Notes: generated from the letters alone by a model not told the origin. Positions 1 to 9,908 are shown, counted from the first letter of the stretch. The stretch is 64,000 nt of DNA from an uncultured Thermoplasmata archaeon (GCA_963749195.1 CAVVLX010000007.1:396031-460030), one strand, 5' to 3'. Numbers and translations: made by a program.

Positions 1-1330
1 GGTACGACCGTTCCGCGTCGTCCCATTGACCATGTTTTTCCGAGATCAATCCTCGATTCATCTGGACTTGCTGGAGCCCCAACTCGTAGCTCATCCGTTC
101 AAAGAGTCGACCCGCTTGTTCGTTGTCCCGTTGCGCTTCTTCTACCTGGCCCATGGCAAGTCGCATTTCCACTCCCGTGAGCAGCGCCCAAGCCACTGAA
201 CGAGCCTCATGACCCCGTTCCGCATACGCGCGGGCCTGTTCGAGATACTCCAATCCCTCCGCGGGTCGGGATTCGCCTACGGCGATCGCAAGATTGTGAT
301 ACGCTCGCGAGATTTCGGGCCAATCGCCGACCTCTCGCAGCCGGTCGATGGCGCGCTGGTACCATTGAATCGCGTCCTCCCGAACCTCCGGGCCGAGCAT
401 CGCGAACGAGTTCCCGATGTCAATGCAGAGGCGGCCCAGTATCCGTAAGTCATGCGACTCGGAGAGGATGTCGAGGGCGAGCATACTTTCGTCCAGCGCT
501 TCCCGATATGCCCCGCGGGCGAACGAAACTCGAGCCAACAGTCGATGGACCGAAGCGACTCCGAGTTGGTCGTCGGCCGATTGGAAGAGCTCCCGTGCTT
601 GGTTCGCTCCCCGGAGCGCCCCTTCCGCATCCAAATTCTCTCGCGCGACTTCGGCCCGGGCAAGAATGAGACGCGCCTTGAGACGAGAATCTACTCGATC
701 GCCATGCTCGAGCGCTTCTGTATAGAGCCGATCCGCCGATCGGACATCGCCCATCGAGTAGTAGAGGTCGCCCAGTTCTTCCGCGAGCTGGGTTTCCTCC
801 CGCGTGTGGTCGCCCGGTAGCGATCGGAGGTCGATATGGGCCCGCTCGAGATGATGGGTCGCCACTTCGGGAGTGTCGTCCATCCGGGCGAGTTCCGCGG
901 CCTTCCGATTGAACTCATACGATTTCTGAGGCACTTTGCCCAAGAAGAAGTGGCGACCGAGCTCCGGAATGATCTCGGGAGGCGGATCGGGATAGAGGCG
1001 TTCCATCGCTTCAGCGATCTTGCGGTGGAGAACCCGCAATCGGCTGGCCGTAAGCGACTTGTAGAGCCGGGCGCGCAGTTCTTCCTGAACGAATCCGAAG
1101 CGATCGCCCCCCACCCGCTCGCGCAAGATGCCAAGATGCGCCAGGCGTTCGACCTGTTCCGCGAGTTCTTCTTCGTGAGTTCCCATCGCGGCAACCAGGA
1201 GCTGAAAATCGAATTCACGCCCGATCGCGCTGGCATAGGCCAGGGTTCGAAGTTGGTCAGGGGTTAGCGAGTCAAGCCGGACCGTCGGCGATTCCCCGGA
1301 ACCCGGCGTGGCCGGGACGTCTTCGCCCAT
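1..1330 (-). CDS. TPR-repeat protein (partial; C-terminus lies beyond the window start). Its N-terminal helical segment resembles the post-ATPase region of STAND/AAA_16-TPR regulators
   Basis: My own translation of the minus strand from ATG at 1330..1328, which is preceded in frame by TAG (+ strand cta at 1331..1333): MGEDVPATPGSGESPTVRLDSLTPDQLRTLAYASAIGREFDFQLLVAAMG...HLGILRER..., then repeated TPR-like helices (LGDLYYSMGDVRSADRLYTEALEHG...). The frame stays open to position 1. The gene is absent from the ORF track because it has no stop in the window. The track's minus ORFs 277..663 and 691..1236 are out-of-frame, R/S-rich artefacts. Confidence 0.6.
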   Translation of the reverse strand, partial: MGEDVPATPGSGESPTVRLDSLTPDQLRTLAYASAIGREFDFQLLVAAMGTHEEELAEQVERLAHLGILRERVGGDRFGFVQEELRARLYKSLTASRLRVLHRKIAEAMERLYPDPPPEIIPELGRHFFLGKVPQKSYEFNRKAAELARMDDTPEVATHHLERAHIDLRSLPGDHTREETQLAEELGDLYYSMGDVRSADRLYTEALEHGDRVDSRLKARLILARAEVARENLDAEGALRGANQARELFQSADDQLGVASVHRLLARVSFARGAYREALDESMLALDILSESHDLRILGRLCIDIGNSFAMLGPEVREDAIQWYQRAIDRLREVGDWPEISRAYHNLAIAVGESRPAEGLEYLEQARAYAERGHEARSVAWALLTGVEMRLAMGQVEEAQRDNEQAGRLFERMSYELGLQQVQMNRGLISEKHGQWDDAERSY

Positions 1331-1418
1331 CTAGTGGTAGCATGCTTCAGACGAGGGTTAAAGGTCTCGGAGTCGAACACGCAAGGGTTATCTCGCCCCC
1401 GGCGGCTTCGACACGGGT

Positions 1419-1685
1419 ATGCTCTCGGGGACATCGGAATCATCGACCAAGGCGGATCAGAGCTCGACCATTCGCCAGATGCCGCTCACGCGACGCGTCA
1501 GTTTCTGGGCCTTTGCGAGCCTGATTGTGCTGGCCGCGATCCTCTACGTGTGGTGGGGAGTCTCGTTCCACGTCTGGATCGACAATGGGCTCTACGCCGT
1601 CGTCATCACCCTGGCACTCTTTGGGCTGGCCGGGATGTGGCTGGTGATGCCGAACCCGCCGGTGCCGGTGCCGCCGCCTCCGTAG
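1419..1685 (+). CDS. small membrane protein with two predicted TM helices and a Pro-rich C-terminus
   Basis: ORF translation contains hydrophobic stretches FWAFASLIVLAAILYVWWGV and YAVVITLALFGLAGMWLV. Confidence 0.4.
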   Translation: MLSGTSESSTKADQSSTIRQMPLTRRVSFWAFASLIVLAAILYVWWGVSFHVWIDNGLYAVVITLALFGLAGMWLVMPNPPVPVPPPP

Positions 1686-1695
1686 CTCCCACCGA

Positions 1696-3123
1696 CTAAA
1701 TCGGCTGGGCTGCGACGGCCCATCGGGTAGGCTTCGAAGAGCGGCATGCGGTGCACGCCCCCGGTTCTCCGATCGGGATCGGGAGCGCTTCCTCCGGCGT
1801 TCCCAGGAGCGCCCCGGCGATCGCCTGTTCGATTTGATGCCCGCACTCTTCCGCACCGCACCAGGCGACGAGACGGACCTGGGAAGAATTCTCGAGTTCT
1901 CCCAACGTCCGGGCGACGGCGAAAGATTGCGAAAATGCCTCCCACGCGCGCGCCCGGAGTTGGGCATCGAACTGGGTCAACCGAGCGCGCACGGAATCGC
2001 CCAGGTGGTCCATCGAGAGGGTCGTTTTCTCCCCGAGGCGATCGACGACGGTGACGTGTCCCTGGTCCGCTTCTCGACGACCAATTTCTAGACGCAAAGG
2101 AACGCCGGCGGTCTCCCATCGAAAATACTTCGCGCCCGGTCGATCATCGCCCGCGTCAAGGTGGACCCGTAATCCGGCGGCCTGCAACATATCAGCGACC
2201 CGATGGGCCGCTTGCATCGGAGCGTCTCCTGATTGAACTCCGACGATCGGGACGATCACGACCTGGTAAGGAGCGATCGTGGACGGAAAGACGATTCCCT
2301 TCGCATCGCCATGGATCGCCACGACCGCGCCCAGCAGTCGCTCGGAGAGTCCAAAGGTCGTCTGGTTGACGAAGCGTTGGCTGCCATCGGCGGCCTCGTA
2401 CCGGATCGCATAGGGCCGGGAAAAATTCTCTCGATAATGGTGCGACGTACCTAGTTGGAGCGTCCGGGCTCCCCCGACCGGGGTGTCGAAGGCGATCGAG
2501 TAGTAGGCACCCGGAAACTTGTCCCACTCTGGTCGTCGCAGGGCAACGTAGGGTAGCACGAGCCCGTCGGCCATCGCGTGAAAAGCGCGGAGATTGGATC
2601 GAACGCGTTCATCGGCGGCCGCCTCATCGGCCTGGCAGGTGTGTTCCTCAAAGAAATGGATCTCCCGGACCCGCAGGAAGGGCCGGGTCGACTTGGTCTC
2701 GTAGCGGAACGTACTGACGATCTGGTAGACGTTCAGTGGCAGGTCCTTGTGCGATCGGACCCATAACTGAAAAATGGGGTACATCGCCGTCTCACTGGTC
2801 GGGCGCAGTACGAGGGGTATGTCGAGTTCCGTGAGTCCCCCCCGGGTGACCCAATAGACTTCCGCGTCGAAACCCTTGATGTGCTCCTTCTCCTTCTGAA
2901 ACTCGGTGGCGGGAATGAGGGTTGGAAATTCGACCGCCTTCGAACCGGTCGCTTCGATCTCCCGGATTAATATTTCGTCGAGGCGACGACGCGCCTGGAG
3001 CCCATAGGGGGTCCAGACGTTCATTCCTTTGACCGGATAGCGCTTATCGGTCAACGCCGCCGCGTCGAGGGCCGCGAGATACCAATCGAAGAACGCGAGA
3101 CGTTTGTCCGGCAGGTTGACCAT
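1696..3123 (-). CDS. proS: prolyl-tRNA synthetase (archaeal/eukaryotic type)
   Basis: 475-aa ORF with class-II aaRS motifs typical of archaeal ProRS (FRYETKSTRPFLRVREIHF; HHYRENFSRPYAIRY). Stop codon cta(+) at 1696..1698. Confidence 0.9.
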   Translation of the reverse strand: MVNLPDKRLAFFDWYLAALDAAALTDKRYPVKGMNVWTPYGLQARRRLDEILIREIEATGSKAVEFPTLIPATEFQKEKEHIKGFDAEVYWVTRGGLTELDIPLVLRPTSETAMYPIFQLWVRSHKDLPLNVYQIVSTFRYETKSTRPFLRVREIHFFEEHTCQADEAAADERVRSNLRAFHAMADGLVLPYVALRRPEWDKFPGAYYSIAFDTPVGGARTLQLGTSHHYRENFSRPYAIRYEAADGSQRFVNQTTFGLSERLLGAVVAIHGDAKGIVFPSTIAPYQVVIVPIVGVQSGDAPMQAAHRVADMLQAAGLRVHLDAGDDRPGAKYFRWETAGVPLRLEIGRREADQGHVTVVDRLGEKTTLSMDHLGDSVRARLTQFDAQLRARAWEAFSQSFAVARTLGELENSSQVRLVAWCGAEECGHQIEQAIAGALLGTPEEALPIPIGEPGACTACRSSKPTRWAVAAQPI

Positions 3124-3272
3124 GGACGTCCGTGGCCGTTCGCCGGCCGGGTATATGGGCGTATGGGGAGGTCCGGGCTCGAAATCGACAGGCGCCGGTG
3201 GTCCGAAGCGCTGCGGAGGGGGCGGTCGCGACGCAAGCGGTTAAAGCCTCGTAAGACCCATTCCTTTGGGCC

Positions 3273-4361
3273 ATGCGGCTCGTTGTCTGCGTCGATCGCG
3301 ACGACGACCTCGGCCAGAAAGCCGGGGTCCGCGGGCCGGTGGTCGGGCGTCAACAGGTCGTCGAAGCGGCCACCAGTTTGGGCACGGCGGATCCCTCCGA
3401 CGCCGATACCAACGCGATGTTTGCGGCGGTCCACTTGTTGGACGAAATTCGCAAGGTGGGTGAGGAGTGCGAAGTCGTCGTCCTCACGGGATCTCCTAAG
3501 GTCGGGGTCCTCTCCGACCGAAAGGTCGCCGAGCAATTCGACACCGTGCTCGCGCGCATTCCGGCGCAATCCGCCCACCTGGTGTCGGATGGCGCGGAAG
3601 ACGAGTATCTCTTCCCCATTCTGGCCTCCCGCGTCAAGATCGATGGGGTGCACCGGATCTACATTCGGCAGAATGCGAGCCTCGAATCGACCTACTACAC
3701 CGTCGTCCGCGCACTCAAGGACCCGAAGCTCCGTGCGAAGACGGTACTGCCTCTCGCCTTCATCCTGCTGACCTTGGGCATCGCCGCGGCCGGCGGCGTC
3801 ATTTGGTGGGGGATCATCGGGTTGGCGATTCTCCTGGGCGTGTACTTGATCTTCTGGACGTTCGATATAGACGAAGCCCTGATCGACTCGATCCGGTCGG
3901 CCTCGACCGATATTCGTCAGGGATCCGTGGCCTTCGGGTTCGGCCTCTTCGCGCTCGCTCTAGTCGGCGTAGGCTTTCTCTCGGGCTACAACATCTACCT
4001 GAGCAACGTCGGGCAGACCCCCATCGACCGGTTACTGCTCTTCGCGCAGTCCGGTCTCCTTTGGTGGATTTTGAGTGCTCAAGTATGGGAATCCGGCCGA
4101 GCGATCCGACGCTACTTCTCCTTTGGACGAGTTCCACGATCCTTTGCGATCGCGACCACCTCGATCGTGGGGATCGGCTTCCTCAGCTACGGGATCATTT
4201 ACCTCGTAAAGTATCTCGAATCCGCCCTTCCGCCCGTGCAGACCCCGCTGCTCGTCGCCTACATCGTCCTGGGTCTTGCGCTCGTGATCGTGGCCGGAGT
4301 CCTGCAGCAGTACCTCAAAGCCCGGGCGGCGGCATCGGCCGCCGGCGCGCCGGCATCGTGA
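3273..4361 (+). CDS. DUF373-family archaeal membrane protein: soluble N-terminal domain plus about 7 TM helices
   Basis: N-terminus MRLVVCVDRDDDLGQKAGV is characteristic of DUF373. Multiple TM segments follow in the C-terminal two thirds. Confidence 0.6.
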   Translation: MRLVVCVDRDDDLGQKAGVRGPVVGRQQVVEAATSLGTADPSDADTNAMFAAVHLLDEIRKVGEECEVVVLTGSPKVGVLSDRKVAEQFDTVLARIPAQSAHLVSDGAEDEYLFPILASRVKIDGVHRIYIRQNASLESTYYTVVRALKDPKLRAKTVLPLAFILLTLGIAAAGGVIWWGIIGLAILLGVYLIFWTFDIDEALIDSIRSASTDIRQGSVAFGFGLFALALVGVGFLSGYNIYLSNVGQTPIDRLLLFAQSGLLWWILSAQVWESGRAIRRYFSFGRVPRSFAIATTSIVGIGFLSYGIIYLVKYLESALPPVQTPLLVAYIVLGLALVIVAGVLQQYLKARAAASAAGAPAS

Positions 4362-4364
4362 ACG

Positions 4365-4982
4365 TCAGGCCGGGTCCGGCCGACGACGTTCGAGGCGCTG
4401 GAGATCTTGGAGAGGAACATCCAGACCACATCGCTCGCGCAACGTAGCGGCGATCGCGTCGAGCTCCGGATCGATCTGCGCTGCGCGATCGGCCAGCGTG
4501 GCGAGATCCTCCCAGTAGTTCCAGGGAAAGACGACCCAAACCCACTGGTCGCGAGGGATGAGTTCCGCGAAGTACGTCGGAGTGAATTTCGAATGATCAA
4601 TGTGGAGACAGACGGCGCTCTCCACTTGCGCCGCGCCCGCCGCAGCGACATGCTGCGTCGCGAGCTCCAGGCTCTCTCCCGTATCGGTAATGTCATCGAC
4701 GACGAGGACCTTCAGCCCCTTGACCGAACCGCTGAGCCCTTCGGTCAGTTCGGCTTTCCCGCTCGGCGTAGCGGTCACGCCCCAATGCTGGAGGCGCAGC
4801 GAGAGGATGCGCTTGACTCCAAGCCGGTCGGCTAAGAGCCGGGCCGGGACCCACCCCCCGCGCGTCAGTCCGACGAGGACGTCGGGCCCGTGCCGCGCGG
4901 CTCGGACTTGCGCGGAGATATGATCGGCCCACTGATCGACTTCGGACCATTGGGTTCTTCGGCAGCGGGGAAACTCCGGCAT
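4365..4982 (-). CDS. purine phosphoribosyltransferase family protein
   Basis: PRPP-binding motif VLVVDDITDTGESL in the ORF translation. Confidence 0.75.
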   Translation of the reverse strand: MPEFPRCRRTQWSEVDQWADHISAQVRAARHGPDVLVGLTRGGWVPARLLADRLGVKRILSLRLQHWGVTATPSGKAELTEGLSGSVKGLKVLVVDDITDTGESLELATQHVAAAGAAQVESAVCLHIDHSKFTPTYFAELIPRDQWVWVVFPWNYWEDLATLADRAAQIDPELDAIAATLRERCGLDVPLQDLQRLERRRPDPA

Positions 4983-5012
4983 GGTCGAATGGAAGGGGTT
5001 GGGCGCGGCGCC

Positions 5013-6274
5013 CTACGGGTAGATGCCGCGGATTTTGATCGCGTCGACGACCCGCTGGATCGCGAGAATGTAGGCCGCCGTCCGATTGTGCACCTTTTGA
5101 TCGGTCGCCACTTTGTAGACGTCGGCGTAGGAGCGCACCATCACGCGCTCCAATCGATCATTGACCTCTTGCAGGCTCCAATAGAACCCTTGGATGTCCT
5201 GCGCCCATTCAAAGTAGCTCACGGTCACGCCCCCCGCGTTCGCCAACACGTCGGGCAACACCGTGATCTTCTTTTGGAAGAGAATTTCATCGGCCTCTGG
5301 TAGGGTGGGGCCGTTGGCGGCCTCGGCCACAATTCGACTCTCGATCTTGTCCGCGTTCTTCTTTGTGATCTGGTTCTCGAGCGCGGCCGGTATCAGGATA
5401 TCGGCTTTCGTCTCGAGCACTTCCTCGTTCGTGATCGATTTCGCGCCCGGAAAACCCACGACGCTCCCCGTCTTCTTCTTGTGGGCTTCGACCGCATGCG
5501 GATTGAGGCCATCGGCCTTGTAGATCCCTCCCTTCGAATCCGAAACCGCTACGATCTTCGCACCTTGTTCGTCATTGAGAATCTTGGCCGCCACGCTCCC
5601 TGCATTTCCAAAGCCCTGGACGGCGACCGATCCGCCTTTGACTTTGACGCCCGCGTGCGGGGCCGCCTCGCGGATCACGTACGCGCAACCGCGGCCGGTC
5701 GCCTCCCCGCGACCTTCACTTCCTCCAAGGGAGATCGGTTTCCCGGTAACTACCCCGGGCACCGAGTACCCTTTTTGCATCGAGTAAGTGTCCATAATCC
5801 AAGCCATCGTTTGGGAGTCCGTGTAGACGTCCGGTGCAGGAATATCCATCTCCGGCCCAATGATCGCCGAGATCTCGCTAGCGTAGCGTCGCGTCAATCG
5901 CTCGAGTTCGCCCATGCTGAGGTGCTTGGGATCGCAGATCACGCCCCCCTTCGCCCCTCCGTAGGGAATATTGACCACGGCACACTTCCAGGTCATCCAC
6001 GCCGCGAGCGCGCGCACTTCATCGAGCGTGACTTGCGGGTGGTATCGAATCCCTCCCTTAGTGGGTCCTCGAGCCATGTTGTATTGGACGCGATATCCGG
6101 TATAGACTCGGTAGGAACCGTCGTCGAGTCGAACCGGGAAATTGACGGTCAACTCCCGTTTCGGATGCTTCAGGACCTCCCGGACCCGGCATCGAGTCCG
6201 AGGATTTCGGCCACAATGTCGACTTGGCGCTTCGCGGTTTCAAACGGATTAATGACGGCAGAATTACTTTCCAT
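5013..6274 (-). CDS. gdhA: glutamate dehydrogenase (Glu/Leu/Phe/Val dehydrogenase family). The N-terminal 34 codons lie in a different frame, an apparent -1-nt frameshift in a C-run at 6179..6181
   Basis: Track ORF 5013..6152 begins at TTG and contains GGAKGGV, TWKCAVV and GFGNAGS motifs. The expected N-terminal about 40 aa is missing. It is found from ATG 6274..6272 (MESNSAVINPFETAKRQVDIVAEILGLDAGSGRS, stop at 6172..6170). This matches the GDH N-terminal consensus. Confidence 0.8.
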
Positions 6275-6409
6275 CACACTCACCTGTGAGTACGATGGGA
6301 GTCGAGCCAGCCTACTTGAATCTAGCGAGGGACTGTTATGGCGGCACATGGGTCGCGCTACGGAGGGGCTTGCCCGCGAACCCCAGTCGGCTTACCGTTG
6401 AACGCCGAC

Positions 6410-7384
6410 TTATCCGAAGGGTCGCCATCCTGCATGAGGGAGCTCGACGACTTTTTTCCCATCCTGGATCCAAGCCCCTCTCCCAACCTCGACTCGCCCT
6501 ACGATCGTGATCGGAGTGTGGAGTCGCTGGAGAATTCGCCGAACACCTGACCATTGCGACCGGGCCACCGACGCACACAGCTCGTAATCTCCGCCAAAAA
6601 AAATCCATCGGTCGACGACCGAGCGCGCCACTGACCGCCGCATCCACCCCGGGAACAAAGGAAGCCGATCTCGTTCGAGGATCACCTTCACCCGACTTGC
6701 GCTCGCCAATATGTGGGCCGCTTCCGCCAGTCCGTCCGACGTGTCGAGCATCGCGTGGACTCGCTTCCCCAGCGCGCATCCCTCCGCCACGCGAGGTTGA
6801 ATCTCGAGCAGGCGTCGAAGGGTCCTGGCGGAGGCCGGAGTATGTCGGGAGAGCTCTGAAGCCGCCCATCCACCCCGCCCGACCGAGCCCGTTGTGATCA
6901 CGAGGTCACCGGGCCGGGCATGACTCCGAGGCGCGAGGGTATCGGTCCGACCTAGCGCTGCGACAGTGGAAACGATGGCGCGTCGCGACGAAGGCTTCGT
7001 GTCTCCTCCCACAACATGACAGTGGAAGCGCGCAGCCATCTCTTCGGCGCCCCGGGCGAGCTCCCGCGCCCAGAATTCCGAACTTCCACGAGGGACTAGT
7101 ATGTCCAAAAGGACGGCCACGGGGCGGGCAGACTTTGCGGCAGCATCCGAGAGCGAAACCGCCGTTGCGGCCCGCCCGATCAATCTGGGAGGGGATCGCT
7201 TCAGGAAGTGCGTTCCCTCGACCAGCGCATCGGTCGTGAGGACGAGTACGCGACCCTTGCCCAGCGCGATTGCCGCGGCATCGTCGCCGAGCGGAAGGAG
7301 TCCGGATCGTCCGGCCGGCAAGTTTTCCATGAGCCATCGATGAAACGACGCCTCCCGGATCGGGCGGGCCGGGGAAGCTTGCAT
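6410..7384 (-). CDS. thiL: thiamine-monophosphate kinase / AIR-synthase-related (PurM-fold) protein
   Basis: LPLGDDAAAIALGKGRVLVLTTDALVEGTHF matches the ThiL/PurM N-terminal motif. The likely start is the internal ATG at 7384..7382 (MQASPARP...). The 49 aa upstream in the track ORF overlap the ACAD gene and look non-coding. Confidence 0.6.
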   Translation of the reverse strand: MQASPARPIREASFHRWLMENLPAGRSGLLPLGDDAAAIALGKGRVLVLTTDALVEGTHFLKRSPPRLIGRAATAVSLSDAAAKSARPVAVLLDILVPRGSSEFWARELARGAEEMAARFHCHVVGGDTKPSSRRAIVSTVAALGRTDTLAPRSHARPGDLVITTGSVGRGGWAASELSRHTPASARTLRRLLEIQPRVAEGCALGKRVHAMLDTSDGLAEAAHILASASRVKVILERDRLPLFPGWMRRSVARSVVDRWIFFGGDYELCASVARSQWSGVRRILQRLHTPITIVGRVEVGRGAWIQDGKKVVELPHAGWRPFG

Positions 7385-7406
7385 TCCGGGACCCCAACTC
7401 GTGGGC

Positions 7407-8597
7407 TCACTTGTAGGGAAGGAACTCCTTTCCCAAGAGTTCGCGCCCGAGGATGATTCGCATGATATTGAGCCCCCCCTCCGCCCCGACAAGATACGAC
7501 ATGATCCCACGGAGTCCCATCTCGAGACCAACGTCTTTTGTGTAGCCGGCGGCGCCGAACCACATCATCACGCGCTTGATGGTCTCGAAGGCGATCGGTG
7601 GGGCAGTCAGCTTCACGGCCGCCACGGCGCGGTCGACTTCGGATCGGTGGCTCGTGTCGCCACGGAGCGTGTAGGTATCAAGGAGCCACGCGGCCCGGCG
7701 GCACTGCCACTTGACCGCTTCCAGCTGAGTATAGAGATCGACGAGCTCGAACTGGATTCCCTCGAACTTCGCGAGCGGGCTACCGAACGCCGATCGCTGC
7801 TTGATGTAGGCCATGCCCGTTTCTAGCGCCCTTTCCGCCGCCCCGATGCATGCGGCCGACACGAAGGTACGGGCGATGGTGAAGCCCTCCATGGCGCACT
7901 CGAATCCATGGCCCTCTGGCCCGATCAGATACTTCGCCGGCACCACGACATCGGCGTAGGTTAGGGCACCCGTCGAGATGCCCATGCGTCCCATATTGTC
8001 GAATTTTTGCGTAGCGATGCCCGGGGATTTCGTGGGCACGTACAGGAAGTTGAACCCAGCGTCGGGGCTGCGGGTGAGCGTGAGGTGACCACCTCCCATT
8101 GACTTGGCCTCTTCGACCCCGGAGAGAAACGCCTTCTCACCACGGACTCGAAAGACATTCCCGTCCCGACGCGATTCCGTTCGCATGTGCGCAAGATCGC
8201 TTCCACCCGTGGGTTCCGTGGTCGCAATCCCGAGGAACGCGCGTCCCTGACAAACCGGCGGGAGGACCTCTTTCTTGGCTTCTTCCGTGCCGTGTCGACT
8301 GAGGATGTAGCCCCATCCCGCCTCCAACAGGAAGAAGACGGCGGTGGCCATCGACGAATCGCCTCGACCAATCTCCTCGGCGGCGAGTTCCGTGAGAACC
8401 GCAGAAGCACCGATCCCGCCGTACTCGGAGGCGACAGGCATCGCGAGCAGGCCGAGATCTGCCATCGCGGCCAGCACTTCTGGAGGAATCCGACCCTCCG
8501 TGTCGATACGACGTTCGTTCGGACGGAGGACCTTGTCGCCAAACCGCCGGACCGCATCCTGAAAGGCGCGTTCCTCGTCGGAGAGCTCAAAGTCCAT
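7407..8597 (-). CDS. acyl-CoA dehydrogenase
   Basis: ACAD N-terminal, middle and C-terminal domain motifs in the translation (MDFELSDEERAFQDAVRRF...; TEPTGGSDLAHMRT; YTKDVGLEMGLRGIMSYLVGAEGG). Probable start is ATG 8597..8595 (MDFELS). Confidence 0.85.
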   Translation of the reverse strand: MDFELSDEERAFQDAVRRFGDKVLRPNERRIDTEGRIPPEVLAAMADLGLLAMPVASEYGGIGASAVLTELAAEEIGRGDSSMATAVFFLLEAGWGYILSRHGTEEAKKEVLPPVCQGRAFLGIATTEPTGGSDLAHMRTESRRDGNVFRVRGEKAFLSGVEEAKSMGGGHLTLTRSPDAGFNFLYVPTKSPGIATQKFDNMGRMGISTGALTYADVVVPAKYLIGPEGHGFECAMEGFTIARTFVSAACIGAAERALETGMAYIKQRSAFGSPLAKFEGIQFELVDLYTQLEAVKWQCRRAAWLLDTYTLRGDTSHRSEVDRAVAAVKLTAPPIAFETIKRVMMWFGAAGYTKDVGLEMGLRGIMSYLVGAEGGLNIMRIILGRELLGKEFLPYK

Positions 8598-8688
8598 ACG
8601 ATCGCCAGTCGAAGCCCGCTCGGGTAAAAGAGTATCCGCGAGGGATCTCGAAAGGGAGCCGACGGACGTCGGCTCCTCGGGCAACTCC

Positions 8689-8694
8689 TATAAT
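8689..8694 (+). promoter_or_regulatory. putative archaeal TATA box (tataat) about 34 nt upstream of the gap ATG, in a divergent intergenic region
   Basis: AT-rich hexamer in otherwise GC-rich DNA at an appropriate distance upstream of the start codon. Confidence 0.25.
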
Positions 8695-8727
8695 CTTGCC
8701 CCTACTCCGGCGCATTGCAGGTCCGAG

Positions 8728-9744
8728 ATGGGCGTACGCGTCGGAGTCAATGGCTACGGCACGATCGGCAAGCGAGTGGCCGATGCGATCGCCAAGCAAC
8801 CGGACATGACCTTGGTCGGTGTAGCCAAAACGCGTCCGAGCTTCGAAGCCCGCTCAGCGGTCTCGAAAGGGATTCGTTTGTTCGTTACCGGAGAAGGCGA
8901 TGTCGAGGCGTTCCGCGACGTGGGATTGCCGGTCGCGGGGCGAATCGAGGAGCTCCTGAAAGAAGTCGACGTGATCGTCGATGCCGCCCCGGAACGGGTG
9001 GGGGGCGAGAATCTACGGCTATACGAGGCGGCGAACGTGAAATCGATCGTTCAGGGGGGGGAAAAAGCGGAAGCGGCCGAGGTGTCGTTCAGCGCCCTCG
9101 CGAACTATGCGGCCGCGCGCGGGAAGCGGCGCGTTCGGGTCGTCTCCTGCAACACCACTGGCCTGGCCCGAGCCGCGGCGGTTTTAGAACCGAACTGGGG
9201 AATCGACCATTGGGAAGCGACGATCATTCGCCGGGCTGCCGATCCGCCCGAGTCGAAGCGGGGGCCGATCAACGGAATCCTGCCGACCTTTCATTTGCCG
9301 TCACACCACGGGCCGGATGTACGGACGATCTTTCCCAACTTGGTCATCAATACGATGGCAGCAGTAGTTCCCACGACGTTGATGCACGTTCACGTCAACC
9401 ACGTTCGGCTGAAGCGCGCTCCTGCTGGGGGAAAGGAAATGGTGGACGCGTTCCGACGGACCCCGCGGTTCCACGTGTTCGCCGAGTGGGAACACGTCGA
9501 CGGAACGCCGCAAGTGATGGAGTACGCGAAGGATCGGGGCCCCGGATCGCCCGACATGATGGAAAACGTGCTCTGGGAGCACGGTCTGAAGCTTGACGGG
9601 AGGGACGCCTATTTCTTCCAAGCCATCCACCAAGAGTCAGTCGTGGTTCCGGAGAACATCGATGCGATTCGAGCGATGTTCGAATTGGCGCCCGACGCGG
9701 CTCATTCGATTGAGATGACCGATAAAGCCCTCCACCTTCGTTGA
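8728..9744 (+). CDS. gap: glyceraldehyde-3-phosphate dehydrogenase, archaeal type II
   Basis: MGVRVGVNGYGTIGKRVADA...VVSCNTTGLARA motifs typical of archaeal GAPDH. 338 aa. Confidence 0.9.
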   Translation: MGVRVGVNGYGTIGKRVADAIAKQPDMTLVGVAKTRPSFEARSAVSKGIRLFVTGEGDVEAFRDVGLPVAGRIEELLKEVDVIVDAAPERVGGENLRLYEAANVKSIVQGGEKAEAAEVSFSALANYAAARGKRRVRVVSCNTTGLARAAAVLEPNWGIDHWEATIIRRAADPPESKRGPINGILPTFHLPSHHGPDVRTIFPNLVINTMAAVVPTTLMHVHVNHVRLKRAPAGGKEMVDAFRRTPRFHVFAEWEHVDGTPQVMEYAKDRGPGSPDMMENVLWEHGLKLDGRDAYFFQAIHQESVVVPENIDAIRAMFELAPDAAHSIEMTDKALHLR

Positions 9745-9908
9745 CCTTACAGGGTCTCGTAGTTCGAACCCGTCGAGGAACTGACCGGTCCTCGACAAGT
9801 GGGGCGCTTCCCTGCGGTAGATGGGTTGGCTCGCTCGTCTCGATGCCCCATCCTCACCGGCTTGGCAACCCCAAGAATCTTATACAGCACTTCACTCGCG
9901 CGCGAGGC

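Noticed and set aside
277-1236. Track ORFs 277..663(-) and 691..1236(-), plus the + ORFs 209..448, 417..725, 452..820 and 836..1267, as genes
   Set aside because: All are R/S/G-rich or broken reading frames. The true gene is a single continuous minus-strand ORF in another frame (1..1330) that the track omits because it has no stop in the window.
9741-9908. Upstream 56 codons of the rpoE track ORF (TTG start overlapping the gap stop)
   Set aside because: The translation (MTLQGLVVRTRRGTDRSSTSGALPCGRW...) is R/S/G-rich, and the E' consensus N-terminus begins at ATG 9909 (MYYLDH...). The segment contains a hairpin (cgagga...tcctcg, 9772..9793) that is more likely a 5' UTR or attenuator structure.
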